DNA of 64,000 nucleotides from Acidimicrobiia bacterium (GCA_036478235.1 JAZGDZ010000040.1:12841-76840); one strand, 5' to 3'; shown: positions 1-12,521, numbered from the stretch's first letter. Notes: generated by a model from the letters alone, not told the origin. Translations and numbers: made by a program.

Positions 1-937
1 GGATGGCGAAATTGTTGAAAACCGCCTTCTCGGCGAGAGATTCCCACTCGACATGGGACAATCGCCCATCGCTGAAGATCGACGGGTCGAACGACGGCAG
101 TGAGGCCATCGCGATCACGGACCCGTCCTGGGGATCGAGCACGACGACCGAGCCCCGCAGCACCGGCTCCCCGTCCTGACGGGCGAGCTTGATCGCCGAC
201 ACGAGCGTGTCTTCGACGAAGCGCTGAGTGTCGAGGTCGATCGTCGTGATGATCGAACCTCCCGGCTGCGGAGGAATCTCCTCGAGGATCCCGAGGATGT
301 CTCCATCGGCGTTCACCCGGTAGGTGACCCGCCCCGGGGTGCCTCGCAGCAGGCGGTCGTACCAGCCCTCGACGCCGAACTTGCCGACCTTGTCGTTGAT
401 GTTGATCTCGGGCCGTGCCAGGTCGGAGTCGTCGGGTGCGCCGATGTAGCCGACTATGTGGGCCGCCGTCTCCCCGAGCGGGTAGACCCGGAACGGAACC
501 GGCGCGACGGTCACACCCGGGAAGTCCTCGATGTTCTCGAGCACGAAGATCCCTGTGGACTGCGTTATCTGGTCACCGAGCGGGAACCGCCCTCCCGGGC
601 CCTGCCTCTCGAACTCCTGCCTGATCTCGGAGGCCGGCATGGCGAGCAGGGCAGAGAGGTTCTGAATGAGAAAATCCTCGTCCTCGACCTCGACGAGCTT
701 GCGATCCACCACAACCCGTAGCGTGGCGACGGTGCCGACCATCAGCTCCTTCCCGAAGCGATCAAAGACGTCCCCGCGGGGCGCCTCGATGGTGACGACG
801 CGTATGCGCTGATCGGCGGCAACCTGGAGCGACGATTCGATGTCGGTGACCTGGAGGAACCACATTCGAAGCACCAGAATCCCAAACAGAGCCGCTACGA
901 ACATCCCGACGACGACCAGCCGCCAACCGAACGTCAT
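1..937 (-). CDS. mrdA: Penicillin-binding protein 2 (peptidoglycan D,D-transpeptidase MrdA), N-terminal part; the gene runs past the window start
   Basis: Hand translation of the minus strand from ATG 937..935 gives MTFGWRLVVVGMFVAALFGILVLRMWFLQ...VTIEAPRGDVFDRFGKEL...VVVLDPQDGSVIAMASLPSFDP. That is a TM anchor followed by PBP dimer/transpeptidase motifs. No stop before position 1. ATGA start/stop overlap with mreD. Confidence 0.8.
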   Translation of the reverse strand, partial: MTFGWRLVVVGMFVAALFGILVLRMWFLQVTDIESSLQVAADQRIRVVTIEAPRGDVFDRFGKELMVGTVATLRVVVDRKLVEVEDEDFLIQNLSALLAMPASEIRQEFERQGPGGRFPLGDQITQSTGIFVLENIEDFPGVTVAPVPFRVYPLGETAAHIVGYIGAPDDSDLARPEININDKVGKFGVEGWYDRLLRGTPGRVTYRVNADGDILGILEEIPPQPGGSIITTIDLDTQRFVEDTLVSAIKLARQDGEPVLRGSVVVLDPQDGSVIAMASLPSFDPSIFSDGRLSHVEWESLAEKAVFNNFAI

Positions 938-1455
938 ACCTCGTAGGGGGACGCGCTCAAACGGCCGGCCCCAAGCGCCCGGGTGGCAAATGGGAGCACG
1001 ACTCCGGCGAGAACGAGGTTGTAGATGGAGGGCAAAAGGATCTTCCTCACGAGTCCCGCATCGGCCAGCGTCTTCTCACCGAAGATCGTACCGAGGACCA
1101 CAAACAGTGTGATACCGCCGACGGTGAGCCCGAAGGCGAAGGGAACCAGCAGGCTGAAATCCGCCTCCATCCGGGTCCTCGTGCGGACCACTACATAGGC
1201 GACCGCTGTGAGCGTCAACGCCCAGAGTCCGAGAGCGGATTGGGAGAGGAGGTCCTCCAACAGTCCGGCGGCGAAGCCCGTGAAGATGGCGAACTCGGCC
1301 GAAAGGTGGCGTGCCAGGGCCACGACCACCAGCAACACGAGAGCGGGCGCGGTGTCGAAGGGCCGCACCCTCACGAACAGCGTGGTCTGCAAGGCGGCGG
1401 CCGCGATGACGATGGCGGCCGTCACGGCGGCCCGCCGGTATTTGGCGAGGTTCAT
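934..1455 (-). CDS. mreD: Rod shape-determining protein MreD
   Basis: 173-aa polytopic membrane ORF immediately downstream of mreC. 4-nt overlaps on both sides. Confidence 0.7.
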   Translation of the reverse strand: MNLAKYRRAAVTAAIVIAAAALQTTLFVRVRPFDTAPALVLLVVVALARHLSAEFAIFTGFAAGLLEDLLSQSALGLWALTLTAVAYVVVRTRTRMEADFSLLVPFAFGLTVGGITLFVVLGTIFGEKTLADAGLVRKILLPSIYNLVLAGVVLPFATRALGAGRLSASPYEV

Positions 1456-2447
1456 CCTCCTCCCCCGCCTCCGCCGCCCCCGGTGACCCCTTCGCCCTCG
1501 CCCTCTCCGGTCGGGATGCTCGTCTCGGTGGGCGGGCCTTCGTCGGATTCGCCTTCGGCGGGCTCGGCATCGTCGGGGATGATGACCGGGGCCCGCTCGA
1601 ATTCCTCGAGGTCCTGGATGCCGGCTTGGTCCCGGGTGAACACGAGCACCCGTACGAAGTCGATACGGGTCAGCTCGGCAGTCGGCTCGGCGGTGGTCCG
1701 AAGCGAGAAGCCGACCTCGGACCGAGCCGGCTCGAGAACGCGGGCCACGGGAATGCCGGCCGGGAACCTCCCGTCGGCCGTGACGAGTCGGTCGCCCTCG
1801 ACGACGGCGGCATCAGTGTTGAACATCTCCAACACCATCGGCCCCGAACCGCGCCCGGTGAGAACTCCCGTCTCCCCGGTCCGTTCGACTCGCACGGCGA
1901 CCCGAACGGTCGGATCGGTGACGAGGCGGACCCGGGCCACCTCATCGGTGACGGCAACGACCCGACCCACCAGCCCGCCTTCGTCCACAACCGGCATGTC
2001 GACCGTGATGCCGTCACCGCGGCCCTTGTCGATCACCCTCGTGTGATCGAACTCGGAGACACCCACCGCGAGAACCTGGGCCGTGATCGAGTCGAGCTCC
2101 TCTGGAGGTTCGATGCCGAGAATTGCCTCGAGTTCGCCAACCCGGATCTCCAGGCCCTCGGCCTCGTTCAGTTGGCGCTCGAGCTCGGCGACCTGACCGC
2201 GCAGACGACGATTGTCACCACGAAGGCTGAAGATGTCCGACAGATCTTCGAAGAAGTCCGCCACCGGGCGTGTTGCCGACGACACAACCCTCTGCACGGG
2301 GGTGAACACCGACTGCACGCCCTCGCGCAGTGTGCCGCCGATCCCTGCTCCGCTGGCGCGCAAGTCCACGGTGATCAAGGCGAGGGCAACGATCACCAGA
2401 CCGATGAACACTCCCGTCGGCCGGTCGACGTTTGAGGGCCGCCACAC
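1452..2447 (-). CDS. mreC: Rod shape-determining protein MreC
   Basis: N-terminal TM, a coiled-coil (RRLRGQVAELERQLNEAEGLE) and a beta-rich C-domain. Position between mreB and mreD. Gly-rich C-terminus. Confidence 0.8.
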   Translation of the reverse strand: MWRPSNVDRPTGVFIGLVIVALALITVDLRASGAGIGGTLREGVQSVFTPVQRVVSSATRPVADFFEDLSDIFSLRGDNRRLRGQVAELERQLNEAEGLEIRVGELEAILGIEPPEELDSITAQVLAVGVSEFDHTRVIDKGRGDGITVDMPVVDEGGLVGRVVAVTDEVARVRLVTDPTVRVAVRVERTGETGVLTGRGSGPMVLEMFNTDAAVVEGDRLVTADGRFPAGIPVARVLEPARSEVGFSLRTTAEPTAELTRIDFVRVLVFTRDQAGIQDLEEFERAPVIIPDDAEPAEGESDEGPPTETSIPTGEGEGEGVTGGGGGGGGG

Positions 2448-2459
2448 TGCGGCCTCCCC

Positions 2460-3491
2460 TTAGAGGCGGCCCGCGGTCGTCGTCAGGATGTCCTGGAGCA
2501 TGTCGAACTCCTCCAGGCACCGACCCGAGCCGATCACCACCGAGTGCAGCGGCCGATCAGAGGTGACGACCGGGGTGCCGGTCTCGTTGGCGATCCGAAC
2601 ATCGAGGCCGCGCAGCAACGCGCCGCCACCGGTGAGGACGATCCCGCGTTCCATGGCATCCGCCGAGAGCTCCGGCGGGGTCTTGTCGAGGCAGTACTTG
2701 ACGGCGTCGACCATCCCCTGGACCGGCTCCTCGATCGCCTCGCGCACCTCGGCCGCCGTGATGATGACGGTCTTGGGGAGGCCGGTGACGAGGTCACGTC
2801 CCCGAATCTCCGCATTTGGCTCGTCACTGAAGGGCCAAGCCGAGCCGATGGCCATCTTGAGCTGCTCCGCTGTGCGGTCCCCCAGCAGGAGGTTGTACTC
2901 CTTCTTCACGAAGTCGACGATCGACTCGTCGATCTCGTCACCGGCGATGCGAGAAGTGCGGGCGACAACGATGCCCCCGAGGGAGATCACCGCCACCTCG
3001 GTCGTGCCTCCGCCGATATCGATTATGACGGAGCCGGCCGGCTCGTGGACCGGGAGGTCCACACCGATCGCCGCAGCCATCGGCTCCTCAATCGTGTAGG
3101 CGCGACGGGCGCCGGCGTGATAGGCCGCCTCCTCCACCGCGCGGCGCTCCACGCCGGTGATCCCGGACGGCACGCACACGATGATGCGGGGACGGGCCCA
3201 ACGACGCGGCTGCACCTTCTTGATGAAGTAGCGCAGCATCTTTTCGGTGATGTCGAAGTCGGCAATGACACCGTCGCGCAGCGGCCGAATCGCCTGGATG
3301 TGAGACGGAGTGCGACCGATCATCCGTTTGGCCTCGAGGCCCACCGCCAACGCGGAGTTGTCGCGCGTGTTGATGGCCACCACCGACGGTTCGTTGAGCA
3401 CGATGCCTTGTCCGCGGACGTAGACGAGCGTGTTCGCCGTTCCGAGGTCGATCGCCATGTCACGGGTCGCCAGCGACATCAATGAGGACAT
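2460..3491 (-). CDS. mreB: Rod shape-determining protein MreB (actin homologue)
   Basis: 343 aa with MSSLMSLATRDMAIDLGTANTLVYV...DIGGGTTEVAVISLGGIV, the actin/Hsp70 fold motifs of MreB. Confidence 0.92.
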   Translation of the reverse strand: MSSLMSLATRDMAIDLGTANTLVYVRGQGIVLNEPSVVAINTRDNSALAVGLEAKRMIGRTPSHIQAIRPLRDGVIADFDITEKMLRYFIKKVQPRRWARPRIIVCVPSGITGVERRAVEEAAYHAGARRAYTIEEPMAAAIGVDLPVHEPAGSVIIDIGGGTTEVAVISLGGIVVARTSRIAGDEIDESIVDFVKKEYNLLLGDRTAEQLKMAIGSAWPFSDEPNAEIRGRDLVTGLPKTVIITAAEVREAIEEPVQGMVDAVKYCLDKTPPELSADAMERGIVLTGGGALLRGLDVRIANETGTPVVTSDRPLHSVVIGSGRCLEEFDMLQDILTTTAGRL

Positions 3492-3538
3492 GAGGAAGAG
3501 CCCCTATAGAATCTGGGGAAGTGTAACCACTGCGGTGG

Positions 3539-3937
3539 CTATGCGAAGAAAAGCCGGATTTCGCGCTCCGCGCTGTCGAGCGAATCCGATCCGTGCACGA
3601 TGTTCTCCGTGATGACGGTGCCGAAGTCGCCGCGAATCGTTCCGGAAAGTGCCTCCCCGGGGTCGGTTGGACCCATCAGCGACCGGACCACGGACACGGC
3701 GTCCGGGCCGGACCATTCAATGGCCACGACCGGGCCGCTCGTGATGAAGGACACGAGGTCGGCGAAAAACGACTTGTCGGTGTGCTCGGCGTAGTGGCGC
3801 CCGGCGAGATCCTCATCGATGGTGAGCATCCGCATCCGCTCCAGGCGCAGGCCCTCGTTTTCGAAGCGGCCGATCACCTCGCCGACCAACCCGCGCCGAA
3901 CACCATCGGGCTTGACCATCACGAAGGTGTGTTCCAT
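3539..3937 (-). CDS. ndk: Nucleoside diphosphate kinase
   Basis: [26 protein letters not shown]...NIVHGSDS. The ORF track extends to 3985 (MTDDYSP...), but the conserved NDK N-terminus begins at MEHTF. Confidence 0.9.
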   Translation of the reverse strand: MEHTFVMVKPDGVRRGLVGEVIGRFENEGLRLERMRMLTIDEDLAGRHYAEHTDKSFFADLVSFITSGPVVAIEWSGPDAVSVVRSLMGPTDPGEALSGTIRGDFGTVITENIVHGSDSLDSAEREIRLFFA

Positions 3938-3980
3938 CGCTGTGCTCTCTTCGGTGGATCCGGCGGGAGAGTAGTCATCG

Positions 3981-4080
3981 GTCACCAGTCACCAGTCACC
4001 AGTCACCAGTCACCAGTCACCAGTCACCGAAGAGCCATAACGCGTTCTGGCTGGGGACTGGAAGCTGGAGACTGGAGACT
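3981..4080. repeat. Heptanucleotide tandem repeats: (GTCACCA/CAGTCAC)x~7 at 3981-4027, then GACTGGA-like x~4 at 4056-4080. Together they form an imperfect inverted pair
   Basis: Read directly: ggtcaccagtcaccagtcaccagtcaccagtcaccagtcaccagtcacc...ggactggaagctggagactggagact. Sits between the folC stop and the ndk start. Confidence 0.9.
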
Positions 4081-4082
4081 CT

Positions 4083-5363
4083 TCAGAGCCCCAGCGCGGT
4101 CCGCGCCTCCCCGGCCACGTAGAGCGAGCCGGTCACGAGCACAGGGGCCCCCGATTCCCGCGCCGCGGCGACGGCTTCGGCCACCGATCCGTGGGCCTCG
4201 GTCGGCAAGCCGAGGCTCCGTCCTGCCACGGCTGCGACTTCGCCGGCGTCCCGGGCTCGCCCGGACCGGGCCGCCGCCGCATGGACCCGTTCCACCAGGC
4301 CGTCGAGATGTTCGAGCATGCTCTCAACGTCCTTGTCGGCCATGACACCCAATACCAGGACCCACCGCTTGGAAGGGAACTCGAGCCGTAGCGAACCGGC
4401 CAACGCGGCCATCGCATCCGAATTGTGAGCACCATCGATCATCAGCAATGGGTCATCGTCCAGGATCTCCATCCGGCCGGGAGTCGTGATCGTTGCTGCC
4501 GCCTCGCGCACACCGGCCTCATCGAGGGAGCGGCCGAACAGGGCCTCCACCGACGCCACCGCGACCGCAAAGTTGTCTACCTGATGACGGCCCCGGACTC
4601 GCAGTTCGACGTCGCTGTACTCGTCGAAGGCCGACCGCAGATCAAAGGCCCAGCCTCTCGAAGCCCAGCGCAGGTCGGTGACCTCGAACTCGACACCTTG
4701 CCGAAACCACCGGCCGGCGCGTTCTGCGGCTATGTGTTCTGCCCTCTCCAGGGCCTCCGGGGGCAGATCCCCCGTTACCAGCGCAGCGCCCTCGTCGAGT
4801 ATCGCCAGCTTCTCCCCGGCGATTTCTCCCAGCGAGTCTCCGAGGTACTCGGTGTGCTCGAGCCCGATAGTCGTCACGACCGCCACCTCCGAGTCCGCTG
4901 CGTTGGTGGCATCGAGCCTTCCGCCGAGCCCGACCTCGATCACGGCCACATCGACCGACCTCTCGGCGAACCAGGAGTGGGCCATCGCCGCGGTCAGCTC
5001 GAAGTACGTGGCACCATCGCCGGTGCGCTCCGCGAGCATGTCGGCGATGGGGGCGATCTCGGAGATGACCGCGGCGAGCTCGTCGCCTGTCATGACCTGC
5101 AGCCCGTACTCGTATCGTTCTTCGACACGTTGCAGGTGGGGTGATGTAAACGTCCCCGGGGTCAAGCCGTGGCCCGATAGCAATTGGGCCGTCATCCTCA
5201 CCGCACTGGTCTTTCCGTTGGTCCCGGCGACATGGACGATCGGATAGCCGAGTTCGGGGTTCGCCAGCGCGTCGAGCAGCGCGGTGATCCTGTCCAGACC
5301 CGGCTTGAGGCCCCGGCCGATATGGCGATCGAGGAAGGCGATGGCTGCTGTGTAGTCCGTCGT
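4083..5363 (-). CDS. folC: Folylpolyglutamate synthase/dihydrofolate synthase
   Basis: Mur-ligase family. The ORF-track start (5201) is a GTG downstream of the P-loop. Hand translation upstream in frame gives ...YTAAIAFLDRHIGRGLKPGLDRITALLDALANPELGYPIVHVAGTNGKTS, open up to the valS TAG at 5364-5366 with no ATG/GTG/TTG. The 5' boundary is therefore uncertain. Confidence 0.75.
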   Translation of the reverse strand, partial: TTDYTAAIAFLDRHIGRGLKPGLDRITALLDALANPELGYPIVHVAGTNGKTSAVRMTAQLLSGHGLTPGTFTSPHLQRVEERYEYGLQVMTGDELAAVISEIAPIADMLAERTGDGATYFELTAAMAHSWFAERSVDVAVIEVGLGGRLDATNAADSEVAVVTTIGLEHTEYLGDSLGEIAGEKLAILDEGAALVTGDLPPEALERAEHIAAERAGRWFRQGVEFEVTDLRWASRGWAFDLRSAFDEYSDVELRVRGRHQVDNFAVAVASVEALFGRSLDEAGVREAAATITTPGRMEILDDDPLLMIDGAHNSDAMAALAGSLRLEFPSKRWVLVLGVMADKDVESMLEHLDGLVERVHAAAARSGRARDAGEVAAVAGRSLGLPTEAHGSVAEAVAAARESGAPVLVTGSLYVAGEARTALGL

Positions 5364-7955
<2,592 letters not shown>

Positions 7956-8215
7956 GCTCGTTCATCTGCAGTCGAAGATGATAGGCCGAGTCCCGGCACG
8001 GGTCGAAGATCGGAGCCTGCAGACCTGCGACCGCCGGACAGGCACGAGGCCGGCGCAGCTGCGCCGGCCTCGAGATCCCTTCCTCTGGTCCGGAGCGGAT
8101 GATTCCGGACCACGAATTAATGAGGAGATAGCCCGCTAAGACCATAAGCCGAACCGCGACGCGCTACAACGGCCATTTCCCGCGGTACCGACGGACTAGT
8201 CAAGCGGCGTGACCA

Positions 8216-8580
8216 AGAGCGTCCGCAAATAGGCGGACGCTCTTTCGCGATGTTGATGGCTCTTCGCCGTACGGCTCATCGCTGGTTTGGCTACGGCTTT
8301 CGGGATTTGGCTCCGTATTTGGCTGCGGCGTTCGGGTCCTATCCGGCCCCGAGACGCCTCCGCATGGATGAGCCGCCCTGCGGGCGGCGCTCCGTTCTAC
8401 GTTCGAGTCCTGCTCGGCCTGGAAACGCCTCCGCATGGTGGATCCGCCCTTCGGGCGGACAGCGTTCTACCTGTTCGGCCCCGAAGAGCCTCCGCATGGT
8501 TGTGCCGCCTTGTAGGCGACGCAGTGCTCTACTGCCCGAGGGCCCCAGCCCCAGGCCGCCGAGTCCGCGCCTATCGGCGC
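8216..8580. repeat. Array of modular intergenic repeats. A hairpin module (AGAGCGTCCGC-loop-GCGGACGCTCT, 8216-8243), then an ATGGCTCTTCGCCGTACGGCTCATCGCTGG module, then three tandem ~60-bp units (8338-8527) each with a GCCGCCC-TGC-GGGCGGC hairpin, then a GGCCGCCGAGTCCGCGCCT module
   Basis: Direct reading. The same modules recur at 12048-12179, 36378-36600, 40323-40670 (reverse complement), 50955-51085 and 51923-52092. Confidence 0.9.
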
Positions 8581-8585
8581 GCCCT

Positions 8586-9860
8586 CTAAGCGCTGCGCTC
8601 TTCGGGCAAATCCTTGCCGATGTCCTGCATCGGGATGAGCGTCGGATTGACGCGCTCGCGCACCACGTCGCCGTCGATCATCACCCGGGCCACGTCCTCG
8701 CGACCCGGCAGCTCGTACATCGTGTCGAGAAGGACCTCCTCGAGGATGGCCCTCAACCCTCGGGCCCCGATGGCACGCAGCATCGCCTGATCGGCCACGG
8801 CCTCGAGAGCGTCGTCGGAGAAGACGAGCTCCACGCCGTCCATCTCGAAGAACTTGGCGTACTGCTTGACCAGGGCGTTTTTCGGCTCGAGCAGCACCCT
8901 TATGAGCTGCTCGCGGTCCAGATCGTGCACCGTCGTGGTCACCGGGAGCCGGCCGATGAACTCGGGGATCAGGCCGAAGGTCATCAGATCCTCGGGAAGC
9001 ACGTCCGAGAGGGTGTCTGCGTCCCGGTCCCGGTCGCTGTGAACGTGAGCGTCGAAGCCGATGGCGCGCTTACCCACCCGACGCTCGATGATGTGCTCCA
9101 GCCCCGAGAAGGCCCCGCCGCAGATGAACAGCATGTTCGTGGTGTCGATCTGCAGGAACTCCTGGTGAGGATGCTTTCGCCCACCCTGGGGCGGGACGGA
9201 GGCGACGGTTCCCTCGAGGATCTTCAGGAGCGCCTGCTGAACGCCCTCGCCCGAGACGTCGCGGGTGATGGACGGGTTCTCCGCCTTGCGAGCGATCTTG
9301 TCGATCTCGTCGATGTAGATGATCCCCGTCTCGGCTCGCTTGATGTCGTAGTCCGCCGCCTGAATGATCTTCAGCAGAATGTTCTCGACGTCCTCACCGA
9401 CGTACCCGGCCTCGGTGAGCGCCGTGGCGTCGGCGATGGCGAACGGGACGTTCAGCGTCCGCGCCAGAGTCTGGGCGAGCAGGGTCTTGCCCGAACCCGT
9501 CGGCCCGATGAGCAGGATGTTGGACTTCTGCAGCTCGATGTCGTCCTTTGATCGCTGCCCGACCCGCACCCGCTTGTAGTGGTTGTAGACCGCCACCGAG
9601 AGGACCTTCTTGGCCAACTCCTGCCCCACCACGTAGTCCTCCAGGAAGGTGTAGATCGCCGCGGGCTTGGGAAGCTCGTCGAAGGGCGTCTCCTCGGTCG
9701 TGGCGAGTTCCTCCTCGATGATCTCGTTGCAGAGATCGATGCACTCGTCACAGATATAGACACCCGGACCGGCGATGAGCTTCTTGACCTGCTTCTGCGT
9801 CTTGCCGCAGAAGGAACACTTCAGAAGGTCACCGCCGCCGGTCTCACCGAATTTCGACAT
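8586..9860 (-). CDS. clpX: ATP-dependent Clp protease ATP-binding subunit ClpX
   Basis: N-terminal C4 zinc finger (CSFCGK...CDEC), Walker A GPTGSGKT, and ClpX motifs. Confidence 0.95.
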   Translation of the reverse strand: MSKFGETGGGDLLKCSFCGKTQKQVKKLIAGPGVYICDECIDLCNEIIEEELATTEETPFDELPKPAAIYTFLEDYVVGQELAKKVLSVAVYNHYKRVRVGQRSKDDIELQKSNILLIGPTGSGKTLLAQTLARTLNVPFAIADATALTEAGYVGEDVENILLKIIQAADYDIKRAETGIIYIDEIDKIARKAENPSITRDVSGEGVQQALLKILEGTVASVPPQGGRKHPHQEFLQIDTTNMLFICGGAFSGLEHIIERRVGKRAIGFDAHVHSDRDRDADTLSDVLPEDLMTFGLIPEFIGRLPVTTTVHDLDREQLIRVLLEPKNALVKQYAKFFEMDGVELVFSDDALEAVADQAMLRAIGARGLRAILEEVLLDTMYELPGREDVARVMIDGDVVRERVNPTLIPMQDIGKDLPEERSA

Positions 9861-9877
9861 CCGAGTCTCCCTTCGGC

Positions 9878-10495
9878 TCAGCCGGCCACTGCCTTGAGTT
9901 CGCGACCTTCGAGCACCGTGTCGACCACTCCGTACTCCTTCGCCTCCGGGGCGGTCATCCAGAAGTCGCGGTCGGTATCGGTACTGATCCTCTCGAAATC
10001 CTGGCCCGTGTGGCTTGCCAGTATCTGGTTCATCTCCTCCCGCACTCGCAGGATCTCGCGGGCGTGGATCTCGATGTCTGTCGCCTGCCCCTCGAGACCA
10101 CCGATGTGGGGCTGATGGATCATCACCCTGGCGTGCGGCAACGCAAAGCGCTTCCCGGGAGCGCCGGCGGCGAGCAGCACCGCCGACGCCGAGGCGGCCT
10201 GCCCCATGCAGTAGGTGGCGACGTCGGGCTTGATGAAGTGCATCGTGTCGTAAATGGCCATGAGGGAAGTCATCACGCCACCGGGTGAGTTGATGTACAG
10301 CGCTATGTCCTTATCGGGCTCGTCACCCTCGAGATGGAGCAGCTGGGCCATTATGAGATTGGCCACGGTGTCGTCGATCGGAGTCCCGAGAAAGATGATC
10401 CGCTCGCTGAGCAGCCGGCTGTAGATGTCGAAGGCGCGTTCACCGCGACTCGTCTGCTCGACGACCGTGGGGACGAGATAGCTGTTGTTGATCAT
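9878..10495 (-). CDS. clpP: ATP-dependent Clp protease proteolytic subunit
   Basis: 205 aa with a ClpP Ser-His-Asp fold (GQAASMAS-like GQAASAS). ATGA overlap with tig. Confidence 0.93.
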   Translation of the reverse strand: MINNSYLVPTVVEQTSRGERAFDIYSRLLSERIIFLGTPIDDTVANLIMAQLLHLEGDEPDKDIALYINSPGGVMTSLMAIYDTMHFIKPDVATYCMGQAASASAVLLAAGAPGKRFALPHARVMIHQPHIGGLEGQATDIEIHAREILRVREEMNQILASHTGQDFERISTDTDRDFWMTAPEAKEYGVVDTVLEGRELKAVAG

Positions 10496-11952
10496 TCGTC
10501 GACCTCCGCGGACACCCCCCCGTCAGTGGGGCGGTCCTTTTGATTGATTTGGTTGCTTGATTCGGCCGCGTCCCTCGCCTCGCCCGACCGCTCTCCGTCC
10601 CCGTCGGCCTCATCGGCCGCTCCCAGCGGTGCGGGCTCGTCGATTTCGATCTCCAGATCGATCTCGTTGCCGCCGACGTCGACCGGAACCGCCAGCTCGA
10701 GGACACGGTCGACAGCCTTGCGGCGTAGGATATCACCGGATAGAGCCTGTTCTCGATCACCTTCGGCGAGCGCGCTGCGATACTCCTCCACCTCCATCCC
10801 CGACACGCCGGCCAGCTGAGTGATCGCCTCTTCCACTTCTGCGTCATCGACCTCGATCTTCTCGAATTCAGCCACGGCTTCGAGCATGACCCGCGTCTTG
10901 AGGTTGAGTTCGGCCTGTGACCTGAGATCGGCGAGGAACGATTCTTGATCCTGCCCGGTGAGTGCCAGGTACTGGCCGAATTCGACCTCCTGTTGCTCGA
11001 GCCGGTGAGCGAAGCGATGAAAGACTGAGTCCATCTCCACCTGGAGCAGTGCCTCCGGAATGGTCAGATCGAGGTCGTCGAGCAACTCCTGGAGCAGCAG
11101 TCGCTCGTAGTCGGCGCGGAGACCGGAAGTGCGAATCCTGATCAGCTGCTCCTCCAACTCCCGCCTCATCTCGGTGGCGGTCTCGAACTCGGTCATGTCG
11201 TCGACCCACTCGTCGGTGAGCTCGGGAAGCCGCTTCGCCTTCACCTGTTTGACCAGCACGCGCACACTGACCTCGGTCCCGCCGTCGTCGCCGAACGACG
11301 GCGGAAGAGTCGTGACGAACTCCTCGATTTGCCCGGCGGCCTTGCCGCGAAGCGCGTCGTCCATGCCGTTCAGAAACATCCCCGATCCGACCTCGAACAG
11401 CATGTCGTTGGCCGATCCGGCGGCGAACTCCTCGCCGTCCTTGGAGGTCGCCACGTCGACGATGGCGAAGTCACCGTCGAACGCCTCACGGTCCACGTCT
11501 TCGAGCTCGGCGAACTGGTTGCGTATGCGCTCGATCTGATCCTCGACGGCGGCGTCGTCCACAGGAGGGGCGTTCAACTCCACCTTGCGCTTCCGGTACT
11601 TCGGAAGCTTCTTGACGGTCGGCCACAGGGTGACGAGAACATCGACCTCGACGCCCCCATCCCGATCCCTGATGTCTTCGAGCTTCGGCATGACCGCCGG
11701 GGCGAGTTCTGTCTCGGCAATGGCGTCCGTGAGCACGGCCGGAAGGGCATCGTCGATTGCCTCTCGCCGCAGGGTGTCCGCCCCCACCGCTGATTCGATC
11801 ACCTTGAGCGGCGCCCTGCCGGGGCGGAAGCCCTTGATCTTGACCTCACCGGCGAGCCGTCGCGCCGCCGTCTTCTTGGCGGCGTCGATCGCAGCCTCTT
11901 CGATGGTCAGCGTGAGGATCCGCTCGAACGGACCGGCCTTTCGCACCTTCAC
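10492..11952 (-). CDS. tig: Trigger factor
   Basis: PPIase chaperone architecture with an acidic C-terminal tail. Start assigned to GTG 11952, preceded by GGAGGAG. The ORF-track N-terminal extension covers a repeat element. Confidence 0.85.
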   Translation of the reverse strand: MKVRKAGPFERILTLTIEEAAIDAAKKTAARRLAGEVKIKGFRPGRAPLKVIESAVGADTLRREAIDDALPAVLTDAIAETELAPAVMPKLEDIRDRDGGVEVDVLVTLWPTVKKLPKYRKRKVELNAPPVDDAAVEDQIERIRNQFAELEDVDREAFDGDFAIVDVATSKDGEEFAAGSANDMLFEVGSGMFLNGMDDALRGKAAGQIEEFVTTLPPSFGDDGGTEVSVRVLVKQVKAKRLPELTDEWVDDMTEFETATEMRRELEEQLIRIRTSGLRADYERLLLQELLDDLDLTIPEALLQVEMDSVFHRFAHRLEQQEVEFGQYLALTGQDQESFLADLRSQAELNLKTRVMLEAVAEFEKIEVDDAEVEEAITQLAGVSGMEVEEYRSALAEGDREQALSGDILRRKAVDRVLELAVPVDVGGNEIDLEIEIDEPAPLGAADEADGDGERSGEARDAAESSNQINQKDRPTDGGVSAEVDE

Positions 11953-12047
11953 TTCTGCTCCTCCATCGAACACAACAGAGCGAGACGGCGCCCATGCCGC
12001 CTCGCCGAATCTCATCGCCCTTCACCATACGGCCCATCACCAGTCTG

Positions 12048-12179
12048 GCTCCGACGCTCGGGATCTGGCTCCGAGACGCCTCCGCACGGTGGTGCCGCCC
12101 CAAGAGGCGGCGCCATATTCTACGACCCGGGTCCCGGCCCAGGCCGCCGAGTCCACGCCTGTCGGCGTGTGCTCTTCGG
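12048..12179. repeat. Copy of the modular intergenic repeat (GGCTCCG...GAGACGCCTCCGCACGG...GCCGCCGAGTCCACGCCTGTCGGCG)
   Basis: Sequence similarity to 8280-8580. Confidence 0.8.
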
Positions 12180-12256
12180 GGTGACCGAGGGGATTTGAAC
12201 CCCCGACATCCGGGACCACAACCCGGCGCTCTAACCTGACTGAGCTACGGCCACCA
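12180..12256 (-). tRNA. tRNA-His (GTG)
   Basis: Reverse complement GGTGGCCGTAGCTCAGTCAGGTTAGAGCGCCGGGTTGTGGTCCCGG...GGTTCAAATCCCCTCGGTCACC. Anticodon loop TTGTGGT. Extra 5' G typical of tRNA-His. Confidence 0.85.
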
Positions 12257-12270
12257 TGACAGAGAGCCTG

Positions 12271-12343
12271 TGCCCCCGGAAGGATTCGAACCTCCGACCA
12301 AGAGCTTAGAAGGCTCCTGCTCTGTCCACTGAGCTACGGGGGC
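12271..12343 (-). tRNA. tRNA-Arg (TCT)
   Basis: Reverse complement GCCCCCGTAGCTCAGTGGACAGAGCAGGAGCCTTCTAAGCTCTTGGTCGGAGGTTCGAATCCTTCCGGGGGCA. Confidence 0.8.
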
Positions 12344-12371
12344 GATAGTCCGACCGTGCCGGTCTCTCTGG

Positions 12372-12442
12372 AGCGGGTGAGGGGAATCGAACCCCCGTAG
12401 CCAGCTTGGAAGGCTGGAGCTCTGCCGTTGAGCTACACCCGC
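12372..12442 (-). tRNA. tRNA-Gly (TCC)
   Basis: Reverse complement GCGGGTGTAGCTCAACGGCAGAGCTCCAGCCTTCCAAGCTGGCTACGGGGGTTCGATTCCCCTCACCCGC. Confidence 0.85.
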
Positions 12443-12521
12443 ACAGCGATCGGGAGATTAGCTCGGCACCTGCACGTACCAACTCAACGCCAGTCTCCAG
12501 CCTCCAATGCGGGGTTGGCCG

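Noticed and set aside
8338-8527. Possible CRISPR array (three tandem ~60-bp units with internal hairpins)
   Set aside because: The units are contiguous and imperfect, with no unique spacers between constant repeats. The same unit occurs singly and inverted elsewhere (12070-12120, 40360-40600). No cas genes are present. This is a REP/MITE-type repeat, not CRISPR.
8250-9551. Long plus-strand ORF (433 aa) and similar long ORFs at 14389..15735, 21565..22908, 33638..36379, 54829..56607 and 59775..61163
   Set aside because: All lie antisense to strongly conserved genes (clpX, rdgB/rph, DUF885, secA, GT2-membrane, galE/manC). They have Arg/Gly/Pro-rich low-complexity composition typical of high-GC antisense frames and no recognisable motifs.
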